Source: an uncultured Verrucomicrobiota bacterium (GTDB lineage Bacteria > Verrucomicrobiota > Verrucomicrobiia > Opitutales > Opitutaceae). From it: 64,000 bases of DNA. The position numbers and the translations under genes are program-made. Shown piece after piece: positions 37,459 through 46,227 of this stretch. Under the pieces are notes generated by a model that worked only from the letters and a program-made list of their open reading frames with translations, had not been told where the DNA came from and made no database searches. Every line of letters begins with the position of its first letter. Position 1 is the stretch's first letter. The stretch lies in the NCBI GenBank assembly GCA_903960515.1, contig CAJCBL010000023.1, positions 7,909-71,908 on the forward strand, read 5' to 3'.

Positions 37459-39449
37459 ATCCGCCGCCCGAATTCCTCCACGAACTGGAGACCCCGGCGC
37501 CGCTCTGCGCCCCCGGTGGGGCCCTGCAACTGCGGGGCTGGTGCGTGCATCCCTCCACCCGCTGCGCCCCCGCGCTCCGGCTGGTCTGCTGCGGCCAAGA
37601 GCTCCCCGTGCACTCGCGCCTGCCGCGGCCCGATGTCTGCACCGCTTTTGCCCTGCCGGCTGCGGCGCTCCAGTGCGGCTTCCAGCTCACCAGCCTGATC
37701 GCGCCCGGAGTGCATCTCGCCCGGCTGGAGGCGTCCCTTGACTCCAGCGAATGGATTTGCCTGCGGCGCTTCACCGTGGCGGCCACCGCCGGCCCCCTGC
37801 AGGCCGCCATCGAGTACCCCGGCACCGCCACCGTAGGCGGCAGTGTGCGCATCCAAGGCTGGTGCGCCCACCCGGAGCTGGCGATAGCGGAGGTATGGCT
37901 GCACTACGGCAACCGCCGCCTGCGCTGCGAGCACGGCCTGGTGCGCACCGACGTGCCGCGCCTCCTGCCCGGCTCCCCCGATGCGGCCCGCGCCGGCTTC
38001 ATCTCCATCAAGAACCTGCCCGTGGGCTGCGGGCCGCTGCGGGTGTGTGCAGTCACCACCGACGGCTGTCGCCATTTCTTTGCCACCGACCGCCGGATCG
38101 ACATCCGCACCGACGAGGAGAACCCACTCCCGCTCGATCTTTCCGCCGCCCCGGCCCGCCTCGGCCCGCTGCAACCGCCGGCCACAACCACGCTTCAGCC
38201 AACCTGCGCCGCCACCCCCCGCCGTATCCTATTTGTGCTATACGGCGACATGACCTCCAACAGCGCGCTGCATGTAGCCGCGCTCGCCAACGAGCTCAGC
38301 CTCCAGGGCCACGAATGTGTGGTCGCCGTGCCGCGCAATGCCGAGACCGCCCGCTACCATCCCCACGCCCGTTTCCGCTGCGTAGACTTTGCCGCCTGCG
38401 GCAGCAGCGGGGCCGTCTTTAGAGGAGGGGCCGGCCCGCACCTTGTCCACGCCTGGACCACCCGGGAGGTCGTGCGCCGGTTCTGCGTACGCCTCCTCGC
38501 CGGCGCCGCCCCCTGCCTGGTTGTCCATCTCGAAGACCATGAGGCGCGTATCCTCGAATCCACCCTAGGCCGCTCCGAGGCTGAGCTGGCGGCCCTGCCC
38601 TCGACCGATCTGGTCGCCCTCGTGGGCGAGGCGCTCTCGCATCCGTTGCGCAGCGGCGAGTTCCTGCGAGCCGCTGCCGCCTGCACCGTGATCATCGACC
38701 GCCTGCAGGAGCTGCTGCCCCCGGGCAAGCCCGCCCGAGTCATCTGGCCGGCAGCCACCGCCGCCTTCTTCGAGCGGCCCATCCCGTGGGAGTTGCGCAC
38801 CGCGCTGGGCTGGGAGCGCACCCACACCGTGCTCTTCTACCACGGCAACCTGCATCCAACCAATCGCGACGAGCTTGCCGCGCTGTACGAGGCGGTGGTC
38901 GAGCTCAACGCCACCGGCACACCCACCACCCTGCTGCGCGCCGGCCGCGACGTCTGCGCCCTCCCCGGCGACCTCGGCGAGCGCGCCGCCCCCCACGTCG
39001 TCGCCCTGGGCCGCATCGGCCGCCACGAGCACCTCGCCCCGCTCATGGCCCTGGCCGACTTCTTCGTGCAACCCGGGGAACCCGATACCTTCAACGACTA
39101 CCGCTTCCCCTCGAAGCTGCCGGAGTTCTTCTCCCTCGGGCGGCCCGTGATCCTGCCCCGCACCAACCTCGGCACCGTGGCCCGGCACGGACTGGACGCC
39201 TACATCGTGGACCGCGCCGATGCCGCCGGCATCGCCCAGGCCGTGCGTGCGCTGCGCGCCGATCCGGCCTTGGGCGCGACTCTATCCAAGGGCGCAGCCG
39301 CGTTTGCCCGGGAGCATTTCAGTTGGGCGCGCAGCGCCGCGCACTTGGCCAAGTTCTACGATACAGTCCTGTCGCCGGCCAAGCCCTACGACACCCCGCC
39401 CGCCACCAAGGCGATCGCGATGCCCCCCATGGTGGGCGTGCGGGTTTGA
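37455..39449 (+). CDS. glycosyltransferase (GT-B, GT4-like C-terminal half) with duplicated N-terminal beta-rich modules
   Basis: Likely GTG start at 37455. Repeated LQLRGWCVHPS / VRIQGWCAHPE modules are followed by RILFVLYGDMTSNSALHVAALANEL and C-terminal GEPDTFNDYRFPSKLPEF (EX7E-like region). Confidence 0.7.
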   Translation: MNPPPEFLHELETPAPLCAPGGALQLRGWCVHPSTRCAPALRLVCCGQELPVHSRLPRPDVCTAFALPAAALQCGFQLTSLIAPGVHLARLEASLDSSEWICLRRFTVAATAGPLQAAIEYPGTATVGGSVRIQGWCAHPELAIAEVWLHYGNRRLRCEHGLVRTDVPRLLPGSPDAARAGFISIKNLPVGCGPLRVCAVTTDGCRHFFATDRRIDIRTDEENPLPLDLSAAPARLGPLQPPATTTLQPTCAATPRRILFVLYGDMTSNSALHVAALANELSLQGHECVVAVPRNAETARYHPHARFRCVDFAACGSSGAVFRGGAGPHLVHAWTTREVVRRFCVRLLAGAAPCLVVHLEDHEARILESTLGRSEAELAALPSTDLVALVGEALSHPLRSGEFLRAAAACTVIIDRLQELLPPGKPARVIWPAATAAFFERPIPWELRTALGWERTHTVLFYHGNLHPTNRDELAALYEAVVELNATGTPTTLLRAGRDVCALPGDLGERAAPHVVALGRIGRHEHLAPLMALADFFVQPGEPDTFNDYRFPSKLPEFFSLGRPVILPRTNLGTVARHGLDAYIVDRADAAGIAQAVRALRADPALGATLSKGAAAFAREHFSWARSAAHLAKFYDTVLSPAKPYDTPPATKAIAMPPMVGVRV

Positions 39450-39470
39450 ATGCCCGCCGCCCCAGGGGAA

Positions 39471-41606
39471 TCACTCCACCGGCCGGATGCTCAGCGGCCC
39501 CAGCGCGGCCCAATCGAACGACCAGTTGCCCGCCGGCCCCGGGGTTGCCTCGAAGAGCAGTTCCGAGCCCGGCGCCGTGGTCACCTCGAGCTCCAACTTC
39601 TGGAGTCCGCGGTCGGCCTCCTTGCCCATCGGATCGAGAAGTCGCTCGAAGAGCGTGCGGCGCGTCCCATCGGCCCGGAGCTCGACCAGCGCGAAGAGCA
39701 CGCCGTCGGTGCACTCTCCCGGCTTACGGTCCTTGTAGGCCCCTTCGTAGATCACGAAGCTGCCGGATACGTGGCAGCGCGCTGCCGGGGGAGTGAACCA
39801 CAGCCGCGTGTAGGGATGGGCGCTGAAGAAGATCCGCCCCTCGTACTCGGCGGATGAATAGGCGAAGGTGGACTGGCTGCGCACCGGCGCCGGGGAGAAC
39901 TCCCGGAAGTGTTGCCGTATTAGTGCCGGCAGCTTCGCCACGCGCACCACCTGCCCGCGCAACGGGTCCTCGTCGGCCTCGGCGCGCGGCGGCAGCACCA
40001 GCTCGGGCAACGGCACGGTATGCAGGAATCCAAGAGCCGAGGGCCGGACCTCCGACGGTACCAACACTTCAGTGTCGCCCAGGGCGAACAGGGGCCGCGG
40101 GTCCAGGCCGAAACGCTGGACGGCGCGCGAACGCAGCCCGGCGTTGTACCGCTGCTCGCCGCAGAGCAGCAGCGCCCCGACTGTCTCCCCTTCCAGAGCG
40201 GCAAAACTGCTCTCAACCAGCGGCCAGTCCTGGGTGCTGCCATTGCGGATAAGCAGCGCCCGGCGCTGCGCATAATAGGGGGTCATGGCGTTCCAGTCCT
40301 GGCCGGCAACTACAAGCACCTCGCCCGGGGCCGTCACCCGGCGCAGCATCTGGCTGAGCTGGTCGCCGCCGTTGCTCGGCTGCGCCTGCGCCTGCCGGTA
40401 GGAGGCGCAATAGCTCCAGGCCTGCAGCGCAGGCAACACCGCCAGCAGCACCACCGCCAGCCAGCGCCGCCGCGGCTGGTCGAAGAGTGCGGCCACGGCC
40501 AGCCCCAGGGCCACCAGCAGGAAGACCGCGTTGGCCATGAAGTAGTATTCATGGATCTCGTAGAGCTTGGGAAACACCAGCGGAGGCACCAGAAACGCTC
40601 CTAGTGCGGCCAGAGCCCAGCCGCGGAACCGCCGCGCCAGCAGCAGCGCCAGCGCCCCCAGCAGCAGCACCGCCGGGCCGGCCACTCCGCGCAGCAGATG
40701 GGCGCCCTGGTGCATCCAGAGTCCGGCGTCGAGGCGCTCTTGAAGGTTGGAGAAGTTGAAGAACCTCAGGTTGGCCGAGAGGGCGAAGTGGGCGTTGGGG
40801 TTGAGCGCCTTCACCGCGTCGGCGAAATGCACCCACCAGACCGTCGCCCACAGGGGCAACGCCACCAGCGCGAGCAGCCAAGCCAGCTCCCGTGCCACCG
40901 AGCGCCAGCCCCCACAGTCCGGCCGCGCTCCCGCCCCGGATCGAGGGCGCATCGCCCACAGCCTCCAGGCCGCCCATGCCGCCGCCGGCCCGAGCACGGC
41001 CGCAAAAGTGGTCACTTTCACAATACCCGCGCCCGCCCCGGCCACATTGGCGACCAGCAGCCATGCGAGGCGGCGCCCCTCCAGCGCGGCCACAAACGCC
41101 TGCAGGAACCACAGCGAAAACATCAGCGCCAGCGTCTCGATCAGAAACGCCCGCGAGTAGAATACGTGCAGCGGGCAGGCCAGCACCAGCCCGAGCACGA
41201 TCAAGCGCCGCGACCGCCCCACGCCCATGCGAGCGAGCAGCAGCCACACAGCCGGCAGCGCCAGGTAGAAGCACACCGCGCTCACCAGCCGCCCGGATTG
41301 CACCAACGGATACCCTGTGGCGTTGCTCAAACCGACCACCGACCACTGGTAGAGCGGAAACTCGAAGGGCACCGACCACGGCTTGCCCAGCACCGGAGTC
41401 GGGTAGGCGAGCGCGAAGCCGCCATCCTGCTGGATCGCTACCGCCGAGAGCGCCGTCTGCGCCTGCCTGAACTCGTTGCCCGGCAGGTTGAGGTTGCCCC
41501 AGCCCAAGGTGAGCGCCGCTAAGTGAAGGGCCAAAATCAGCACGAACCAGCCGCCCAAGCCCCAGGCTGCCACGCGCAAAGCGCGCTCGGAGGAAAGATC
41601 AGGCAT
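39471..41606 (-). CDS. GT-C-fold-like (ArnT/PMT-like) polytopic membrane protein with C-terminal beta-rich domain
   Basis: ATG at 41606. At least 10 TM segments, an early periplasmic loop with an acidic/aromatic pattern (PFEFPLYQW), and ~280 aa of soluble C-terminus. It lies 205 nt downstream of ftsZ on the same strand. Confidence 0.6.
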   Translation of the reverse strand: MPDLSSERALRVAAWGLGGWFVLILALHLAALTLGWGNLNLPGNEFRQAQTALSAVAIQQDGGFALAYPTPVLGKPWSVPFEFPLYQWSVVGLSNATGYPLVQSGRLVSAVCFYLALPAVWLLLARMGVGRSRRLIVLGLVLACPLHVFYSRAFLIETLALMFSLWFLQAFVAALEGRRLAWLLVANVAGAGAGIVKVTTFAAVLGPAAAWAAWRLWAMRPRSGAGARPDCGGWRSVARELAWLLALVALPLWATVWWVHFADAVKALNPNAHFALSANLRFFNFSNLQERLDAGLWMHQGAHLLRGVAGPAVLLLGALALLLARRFRGWALAALGAFLVPPLVFPKLYEIHEYYFMANAVFLLVALGLAVAALFDQPRRRWLAVVLLAVLPALQAWSYCASYRQAQAQPSNGGDQLSQMLRRVTAPGEVLVVAGQDWNAMTPYYAQRRALLIRNGSTQDWPLVESSFAALEGETVGALLLCGEQRYNAGLRSRAVQRFGLDPRPLFALGDTEVLVPSEVRPSALGFLHTVPLPELVLPPRAEADEDPLRGQVVRVAKLPALIRQHFREFSPAPVRSQSTFAYSSAEYEGRIFFSAHPYTRLWFTPPAARCHVSGSFVIYEGAYKDRKPGECTDGVLFALVELRADGTRRTLFERLLDPMGKEADRGLQKLELEVTTAPGSELLFEATPGPAGNWSFDWAALGPLSIRPVE

Positions 41607-41811
41607 GGGAGGGGTTGTCGTGGTTCATTTGATGCTCGGCCGAGGGAAATCCACCGCCGGGCATCGCCAATGCGGTTCAGGGCCGCCCGGGGCGGTCGCC
41701 GCTCCCCGGAGCGAGCAACGACCGGGTGAACCGCAATCCCTTTACAGGGGAACGCAACTCCCGGCCGAGCACGCCACGAGCAGCGGGCCGGGGATCAGCC
41801 GGCCACGGCGC

Positions 41812-43104
41812 TCACAGGCTGATCTTAAGCCCCTTGCGCAGGTAGGTGGGCACGTCGAGGTCCTGGCCCTCGAAGAGATTGCGGTCCGTGCTGTCGAACC
41901 AACCGCGGGACTCGGGCTCGTTGCCCCCGCCAAAGAGAAACTCGTCCTGCTTCACTGGAGCCTTGGCGGGTGCGGCAGCAGCCACGCCGGCCAGCTCGGG
42001 CTGGGCCACCTCGGAGGGCCGCCGGGAGGGCACCCCGGGGCGGGCGCGCTGCGGGGTATCCGAACTTCCGGGCTTGTCGGCGGCCGGCTGGGCGCCGCCG
42101 CGGCGCACCGTGGTGCGGCTCACATCGGAGGTGCCGATGATGCACACCTCCACCTTGCCGGCGAGATCCTCGTCGATCACGGCGCCCAGGAAGATGTGGG
42201 CATCGCGTCCGTACTGTTCGGAGACGGCGGCCATGATGTCGTTCACACTGGCCAGGGTGAGCTCGGCGCCGCCCACGATGTTGACCAGCAGGCGGTCGGC
42301 CTTGCGGGAGAACTCGGGGGTGTGCAGCAGCGGGCACTGCTTGAGGCTGGCGATCACCTCGGCCACGGCGTGCTCGCCGGAGCCCGACCCGAGGCCGAAG
42401 AGGGTCTTGCCGCTCTTCTGGGCGAAGGCTTGGCGCAGCGTGGCGTAATCCAGATTGATGAGACCGGTGCGGTTGAGCATCGACCACAGGCTCTTCACCC
42501 CTCGGCCGATCCACTCGTCGGCCAGGGCGAAGGAGTCCAGCGCGCTCTGCCCCTCGCCGCTCACCTGAATGAGCATGTCGTTGGGAAGCGGAATCACTGC
42601 GTCGCAGCAGCGGCGCAGTTCGGCTAGCCCCTCCTCGGCCTGCTTGAGGCGACGGCCGCCCTCGAAGCTGAACGGGAGGTTGGCAAAGGCGATGACGAGC
42701 GCTCCGGCCTGTCGGCAAATCTCGGCGACAACCGGGGCTGCGCCGCTGCCGGTGCCCCCGCCCATGCCGGCCACCAGGAATACCAGGTCGCTGCGGGCTA
42801 CGAGGGCTGCGATCTTCTCCCGGTCGGCCTCGGCGGCGAGGCGGCCCAGTTCGGGGTCGCCGCCGGCGCTGAGGCCGCGGGTGACTCCGGCGCCGATCAT
42901 GAGCTTGGTCTCCACCGGGGAGACCGAGAGGGCCTCGGCGTCGGTGTTGAGCACAGCGAGAGCCACGCTGCCGAGGTTTTCCATCTTGAGGCGATCCACG
43001 GCGTTGGCGCCTGCGCCTCCGATGCCGATAACCTTGATGGCTACGCTGCGGTTGGTGAGCATTTCCTGCGCGAGGGGCAGTTCGTTTTCGGATAGCAAGG
43101 ACAT
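41812..43104 (-). CDS. ftsZ: cell division GTPase FtsZ
   Basis: Internal ATG 43104 (MSLLSENEL). IKVIGIGGAGANAV, the tubulin signature GMGGGTGSGAAPV, and a C-terminal DLDVPTYLRKG peptide. Confidence 0.95.
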   Translation of the reverse strand: MSLLSENELPLAQEMLTNRSVAIKVIGIGGAGANAVDRLKMENLGSVALAVLNTDAEALSVSPVETKLMIGAGVTRGLSAGGDPELGRLAAEADREKIAALVARSDLVFLVAGMGGGTGSGAAPVVAEICRQAGALVIAFANLPFSFEGGRRLKQAEEGLAELRRCCDAVIPLPNDMLIQVSGEGQSALDSFALADEWIGRGVKSLWSMLNRTGLINLDYATLRQAFAQKSGKTLFGLGSGSGEHAVAEVIASLKQCPLLHTPEFSRKADRLLVNIVGGAELTLASVNDIMAAVSEQYGRDAHIFLGAVIDEDLAGKVEVCIIGTSDVSRTTVRRGGAQPAADKPGSSDTPQRARPGVPSRRPSEVAQPELAGVAAAAPAKAPVKQDEFLFGGGNEPESRGWFDSTDRNLFEGQDLDVPTYLRKGLKISL

Positions 43105-43109
43105 GGAGC

Positions 43110-44333
43110 TCAGGCGTTGGCGAACATCCGGCCGAAGCGCTCCATCAGCCCACCCTTGCCCCGAGGGGCGGCGGCGATGGGCGAGCGCTCGTTGATCTGG
43201 TTGAGCCCGTAGTAGAGCAGGCCCAGCACGGTGCTGTAGCCCGGGTCGCGCAGCTCGTCGGCTAGATTGGAGGGCAGGTCGCCGCGGCGCGCGGGCAGAC
43301 CGAATACCTGGGTGGCGGCCTCGTCGATGGCCATGAGCTTGGAGGTGCCCCCGGTGAGCACCACGCCGGCGCCGAGCATCTCGGGCACGAAGGCGGGGCC
43401 GAGTTTCTTCTTCACCACCTCGAGCAGCTCGATGATGCGCACGGAGGTGATCTGTTCCACGGCCTGGCGCGGGAAGTGGCGGTCGCCGATGGCAAAGTCG
43501 CCATTGAGCCAGACCTTCTCGCTGCGGTCCTTGGAGGTGATTACGGCCGAGCCGTGGCGCAGCTTCATCGCCTCGGCCTGGCCGGTGGCCAGGCGCAGCC
43601 CGAGGGCGAGATCGTTGGTGAGGTGGTCGCCGCCCACGGGGATGGCGCCGGTGAGCCACGGATACCCCTCGCGGTAGAGGACAAAGTCGGTGGTGCCGCG
43701 GCCAATATCGATTACGAGCACGCCGTTTTTCCGCTCCTCGATGGTGGTGACCATGGTGCCGGAGGCCAGGCTGGAGAGGATGATCTCGTCGACCTTCAGG
43801 TTGAAGCCGTTCACGAGATGGATGCCATCGGAGATCTTGCGCTTGTCGCCATGCACCGCCCAGAAGCCCACCTCGAGCTTGCGCCCGGAGAGCATCTCGG
43901 GATTGGGCACAGGCTGGCCGTCGAGCCTGTAGGGGCGGCGCAGATAGTGGACCATCGTGCGCTCGGAGGGCAGCTCCTTGCCGCGGGCGAGCTTGCCAAC
44001 CGTCTCAATATCGTGGCGACCCACGAGATTGTCGGCGCTGCTCACGTTGACGGAACCCTCGTGGTAGAAACCGTCGAGGTGCGCGCCGGTCTGGGCAAGG
44101 TAGATACCGTCGATGCGTGCCCCGGCCTTGCGCTCGGCCGCCTCGATGGCGGCGTGGGTGCAGTCGCTGGCCGCCTTGAAGTCGACGATGGAGCCCTTGA
44201 TGACGCCCTGGGAGGAGCAGGCACCCAGGCCGACGATGTTGAGGCGGCGCCCGCCGGCGAATTCCCCTACGAGGACGGACACCTTGTGGGTGCCGATTTC
44301 GACTGCGCCGATAATCCGGCTTTTAGAGATCAC
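43110..44333 (-). CDS. ftsA: cell division protein FtsA
   Basis: GTG 44333 (VISKSRIIGAVEIGTHKVSVLVGE) is preferred, since ATG 44414 would overlap ftsQ by 92 nt. Actin-like fold motifs include DIGRGTTD. Confidence 0.9.
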   Translation of the reverse strand: MISKSRIIGAVEIGTHKVSVLVGEFAGGRRLNIVGLGACSSQGVIKGSIVDFKAASDCTHAAIEAAERKAGARIDGIYLAQTGAHLDGFYHEGSVNVSSADNLVGRHDIETVGKLARGKELPSERTMVHYLRRPYRLDGQPVPNPEMLSGRKLEVGFWAVHGDKRKISDGIHLVNGFNLKVDEIILSSLASGTMVTTIEERKNGVLVIDIGRGTTDFVLYREGYPWLTGAIPVGGDHLTNDLALGLRLATGQAEAMKLRHGSAVITSKDRSEKVWLNGDFAIGDRHFPRQAVEQITSVRIIELLEVVKKKLGPAFVPEMLGAGVVLTGGTSKLMAIDEAATQVFGLPARRGDLPSNLADELRDPGYSTVLGLLYYGLNQINERSPIAAAPRGKGGLMERFGRMFANA

Positions 44334-45297
44334 GACGAGTTCTCGAATTAGAGGGTTTGACGGAAGAAGTGGGAAGAAGACGGGAGGCCGAATTGTCGAA
44401 CGACACCGGGACATCGCCCCCGAGCGAAAGATCGATTCGCTGCACGGTAGCCTCGGGCTGATTGCGGGCGTAGTCGGCTATGTAGTCAAGCCGGGCCAAC
44501 TGCTGGGTGAAGTCGATCTTGCGACTCACGACAACCTCGGGGATCGAGCGCGATTTCACCACGATCTCGTCGTAGAGACCTAGGCGGGCAAGGGAGACAA
44601 CCTTCCAGTCGGCGTAGAGCAGCGGAGCAGCGTTTTCGGCGGCCTGTAGCAGGTTGGCCACGTCCTCCATGCCCTCCACCGGCTGGAACCCGCCGAAGCG
44701 GTTGTGGGCCAGGCGCACGCCGTCCAGGAAGGGCAACCGCGCCAGGCGGGCCGGATCGTAGCCAAAGCCTTCGAACACCACGCCGTCGCGCGCCACCAGC
44801 ATGGTGCGAGTCTGGCCGTTGCCCACCTGCACATTCATGCGCAACACGGGCTGGCGCTCGCGCAGGGCCACCGTAAGTGTGCTCGGGAAATCGCGACGCA
44901 GCTCGACAGAGCGCACCTGGCGCACCGCCAGCAGGCGGTCGCGCAGCAGGCTCAAGTCGACCTCCAGCAGAGGGGTGCCCTTGCGCACCTTCAGGGTGTG
45001 TTCGAGCCATTCCTGGGCGAGCACGCCGTCGGAGTCGTTGATGAGCACGATCTCGCGCAGGGGTGCGGCCTGGGCGGGGTCGCGCATCGAGCCGGCATCG
45101 TTGCTGAGTGTATTAAGGATCTCGGTGGCACCCCAAAGCACTCCGGCGGCCATGGTGCCAAACAGCGCCAGCCTCACCGCAGCAAAGGCGAAACGGCGCC
45201 GGCCCGAGGCCGACATCGTGCGCGGGTTGACCGACTGGTCGAGTTCGCGCCAGGAGCGCTCCTCGGTGGATTTCTTATCGGGCTTGGACTTGGCCAT
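44323..45297 (-). CDS. ftsQ: cell division protein FtsQ (POTRA domain)
   Basis: Cytoplasmic tail, a single TM (FAFAAVRLALFGTMAAGVLWGA) and a POTRA-like region. Its position between ddl and ftsA supports the call. Confidence 0.8.
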   Translation of the reverse strand: MAKSKPDKKSTEERSWRELDQSVNPRTMSASGRRRFAFAAVRLALFGTMAAGVLWGATEILNTLSNDAGSMRDPAQAAPLREIVLINDSDGVLAQEWLEHTLKVRKGTPLLEVDLSLLRDRLLAVRQVRSVELRRDFPSTLTVALRERQPVLRMNVQVGNGQTRTMLVARDGVVFEGFGYDPARLARLPFLDGVRLAHNRFGGFQPVEGMEDVANLLQAAENAAPLLYADWKVVSLARLGLYDEIVVKSRSIPEVVVSRKIDFTQQLARLDYIADYARNQPEATVQRIDLSLGGDVPVSFDNSASRLLPTSSVKPSNSRTRRDL

Positions 45298-45303
45298 GGT
45301 CGG

Positions 45304-46227
45304 TCAGGGGAGGTCGTGTTGGAAACGGCGCAGGGCGGGCGCGAGCATCTCGCGAACCAGCGCGGCGTAATCGAGCCCGATGCACTTCGCGCTCAGCGGC
45401 AGCAGGCTGGTGCCGGTCATGCCCGGCAGGGTGTTGATCTCGAGAAAGAACGGCTCGCCATCGGCCGAGAGGATGAAATCGGCGCGCGCGAAATCGCGGC
45501 AGCCGCACACAGAGAATACCGACTCGGCGAAACGCTGCACCGCGCCAGCCGCCCCGGTGGGGATGCGGGCCGGGGCGAAGTACTCGGTGTTACCCTTGGT
45601 GTACTTGTTGGTGTAGTCGTAAACTCCAGTCTTCGGGGCCACCTCCACCACTCCCATCGCCCGGCCGTCGAGCAGGCCCACGGTGAGCTCTGTGCCGCGT
45701 ATGCGGCGCTCGGCTACCCAGCGGCCGGGAGCGAGTTGAGCCAAGGCGGCGGCGATCTCGTCGAGGCCAGAGCAAATGGAGAGCCCCACGCTGCTGCCCT
45801 CATTGTTGGGCTTGATGACCACCTCCGAGCCCAGGCGGGCGGTGAGCTCCGCGGCCAAGGGCGCCTGCGCAGCATCGAAGACCAGGCCGGCGGCCACGGG
45901 CACGCCTACGTTGGCGGCGAGCGCCTTGGTGGCGGCCTTGTCCATGGTGCACGCACTGGCCTCGGCTCCGCAGCCGGAGTAGGTGAAGCCTCCGGCCTCG
46001 AGCAGGCGCTGCATGCCGCCGTCCTCGCCGAAGGTGCCGTGCAAGGTGGAAAGCACCACATGGATCTTCGGATCGAGCCCGGCGGGCAGCTGCTCCGAAT
46101 CGACCTGGAAGAGCACGGTGGGCAGCAGACAGGCGGCTGCCGCGGCCACATTGGCTCCAGAACGCAGGGACACCTCGCGCTCGCGCGAAGTGCCTCCCGA
46201 CAAGACTGCAACAACGGGTGATTTCAC
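45304..46227 (-). CDS. ddl: D-alanine--D-alanine ligase
   Basis: GTG 46227 overlaps the murC::murB stop (GTGA). VAVLSGGTSREREVSLRSG, HGTFGEDGGMQRLLE and an ATP-grasp region ending EINTLPGMT. Confidence 0.9.
   Translation of the reverse strand: MKSPVVAVLSGGTSREREVSLRSGANVAAAAACLLPTVLFQVDSEQLPAGLDPKIHVVLSTLHGTFGEDGGMQRLLEAGGFTYSGCGAEASACTMDKAATKALAANVGVPVAAGLVFDAAQAPLAAELTARLGSEVVIKPNNEGSSVGLSICSGLDEIAAALAQLAPGRWVAERRIRGTELTVGLLDGRAMGVVEVAPKTGVYDYTNKYTKGNTEYFAPARIPTGAAGAVQRFAESVFSVCGCRDFARADFILSADGEPFFLEINTLPGMTGTSLLPLSAKCIGLDYAALVREMLAPALRRFQHDLP

Noticed and set aside
43105-43659. Long N-terminal extensions of the listed ORFs for ftsZ, and likewise ddl (to 47148), murG (to 50791), murE (to 58089), ftsL (to 60467), mraZ (to 61186), kdsB (to 7820), TolC (to 32556) and the SPFH gene (to 2636).
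   Set aside because: The extensions overlap the upstream gene in another frame and are Arg/Pro-rich. Conserved protein N-termini begin at internal ATG/GTG codons that form ATGA/GTGA or very short junctions with the preceding gene.
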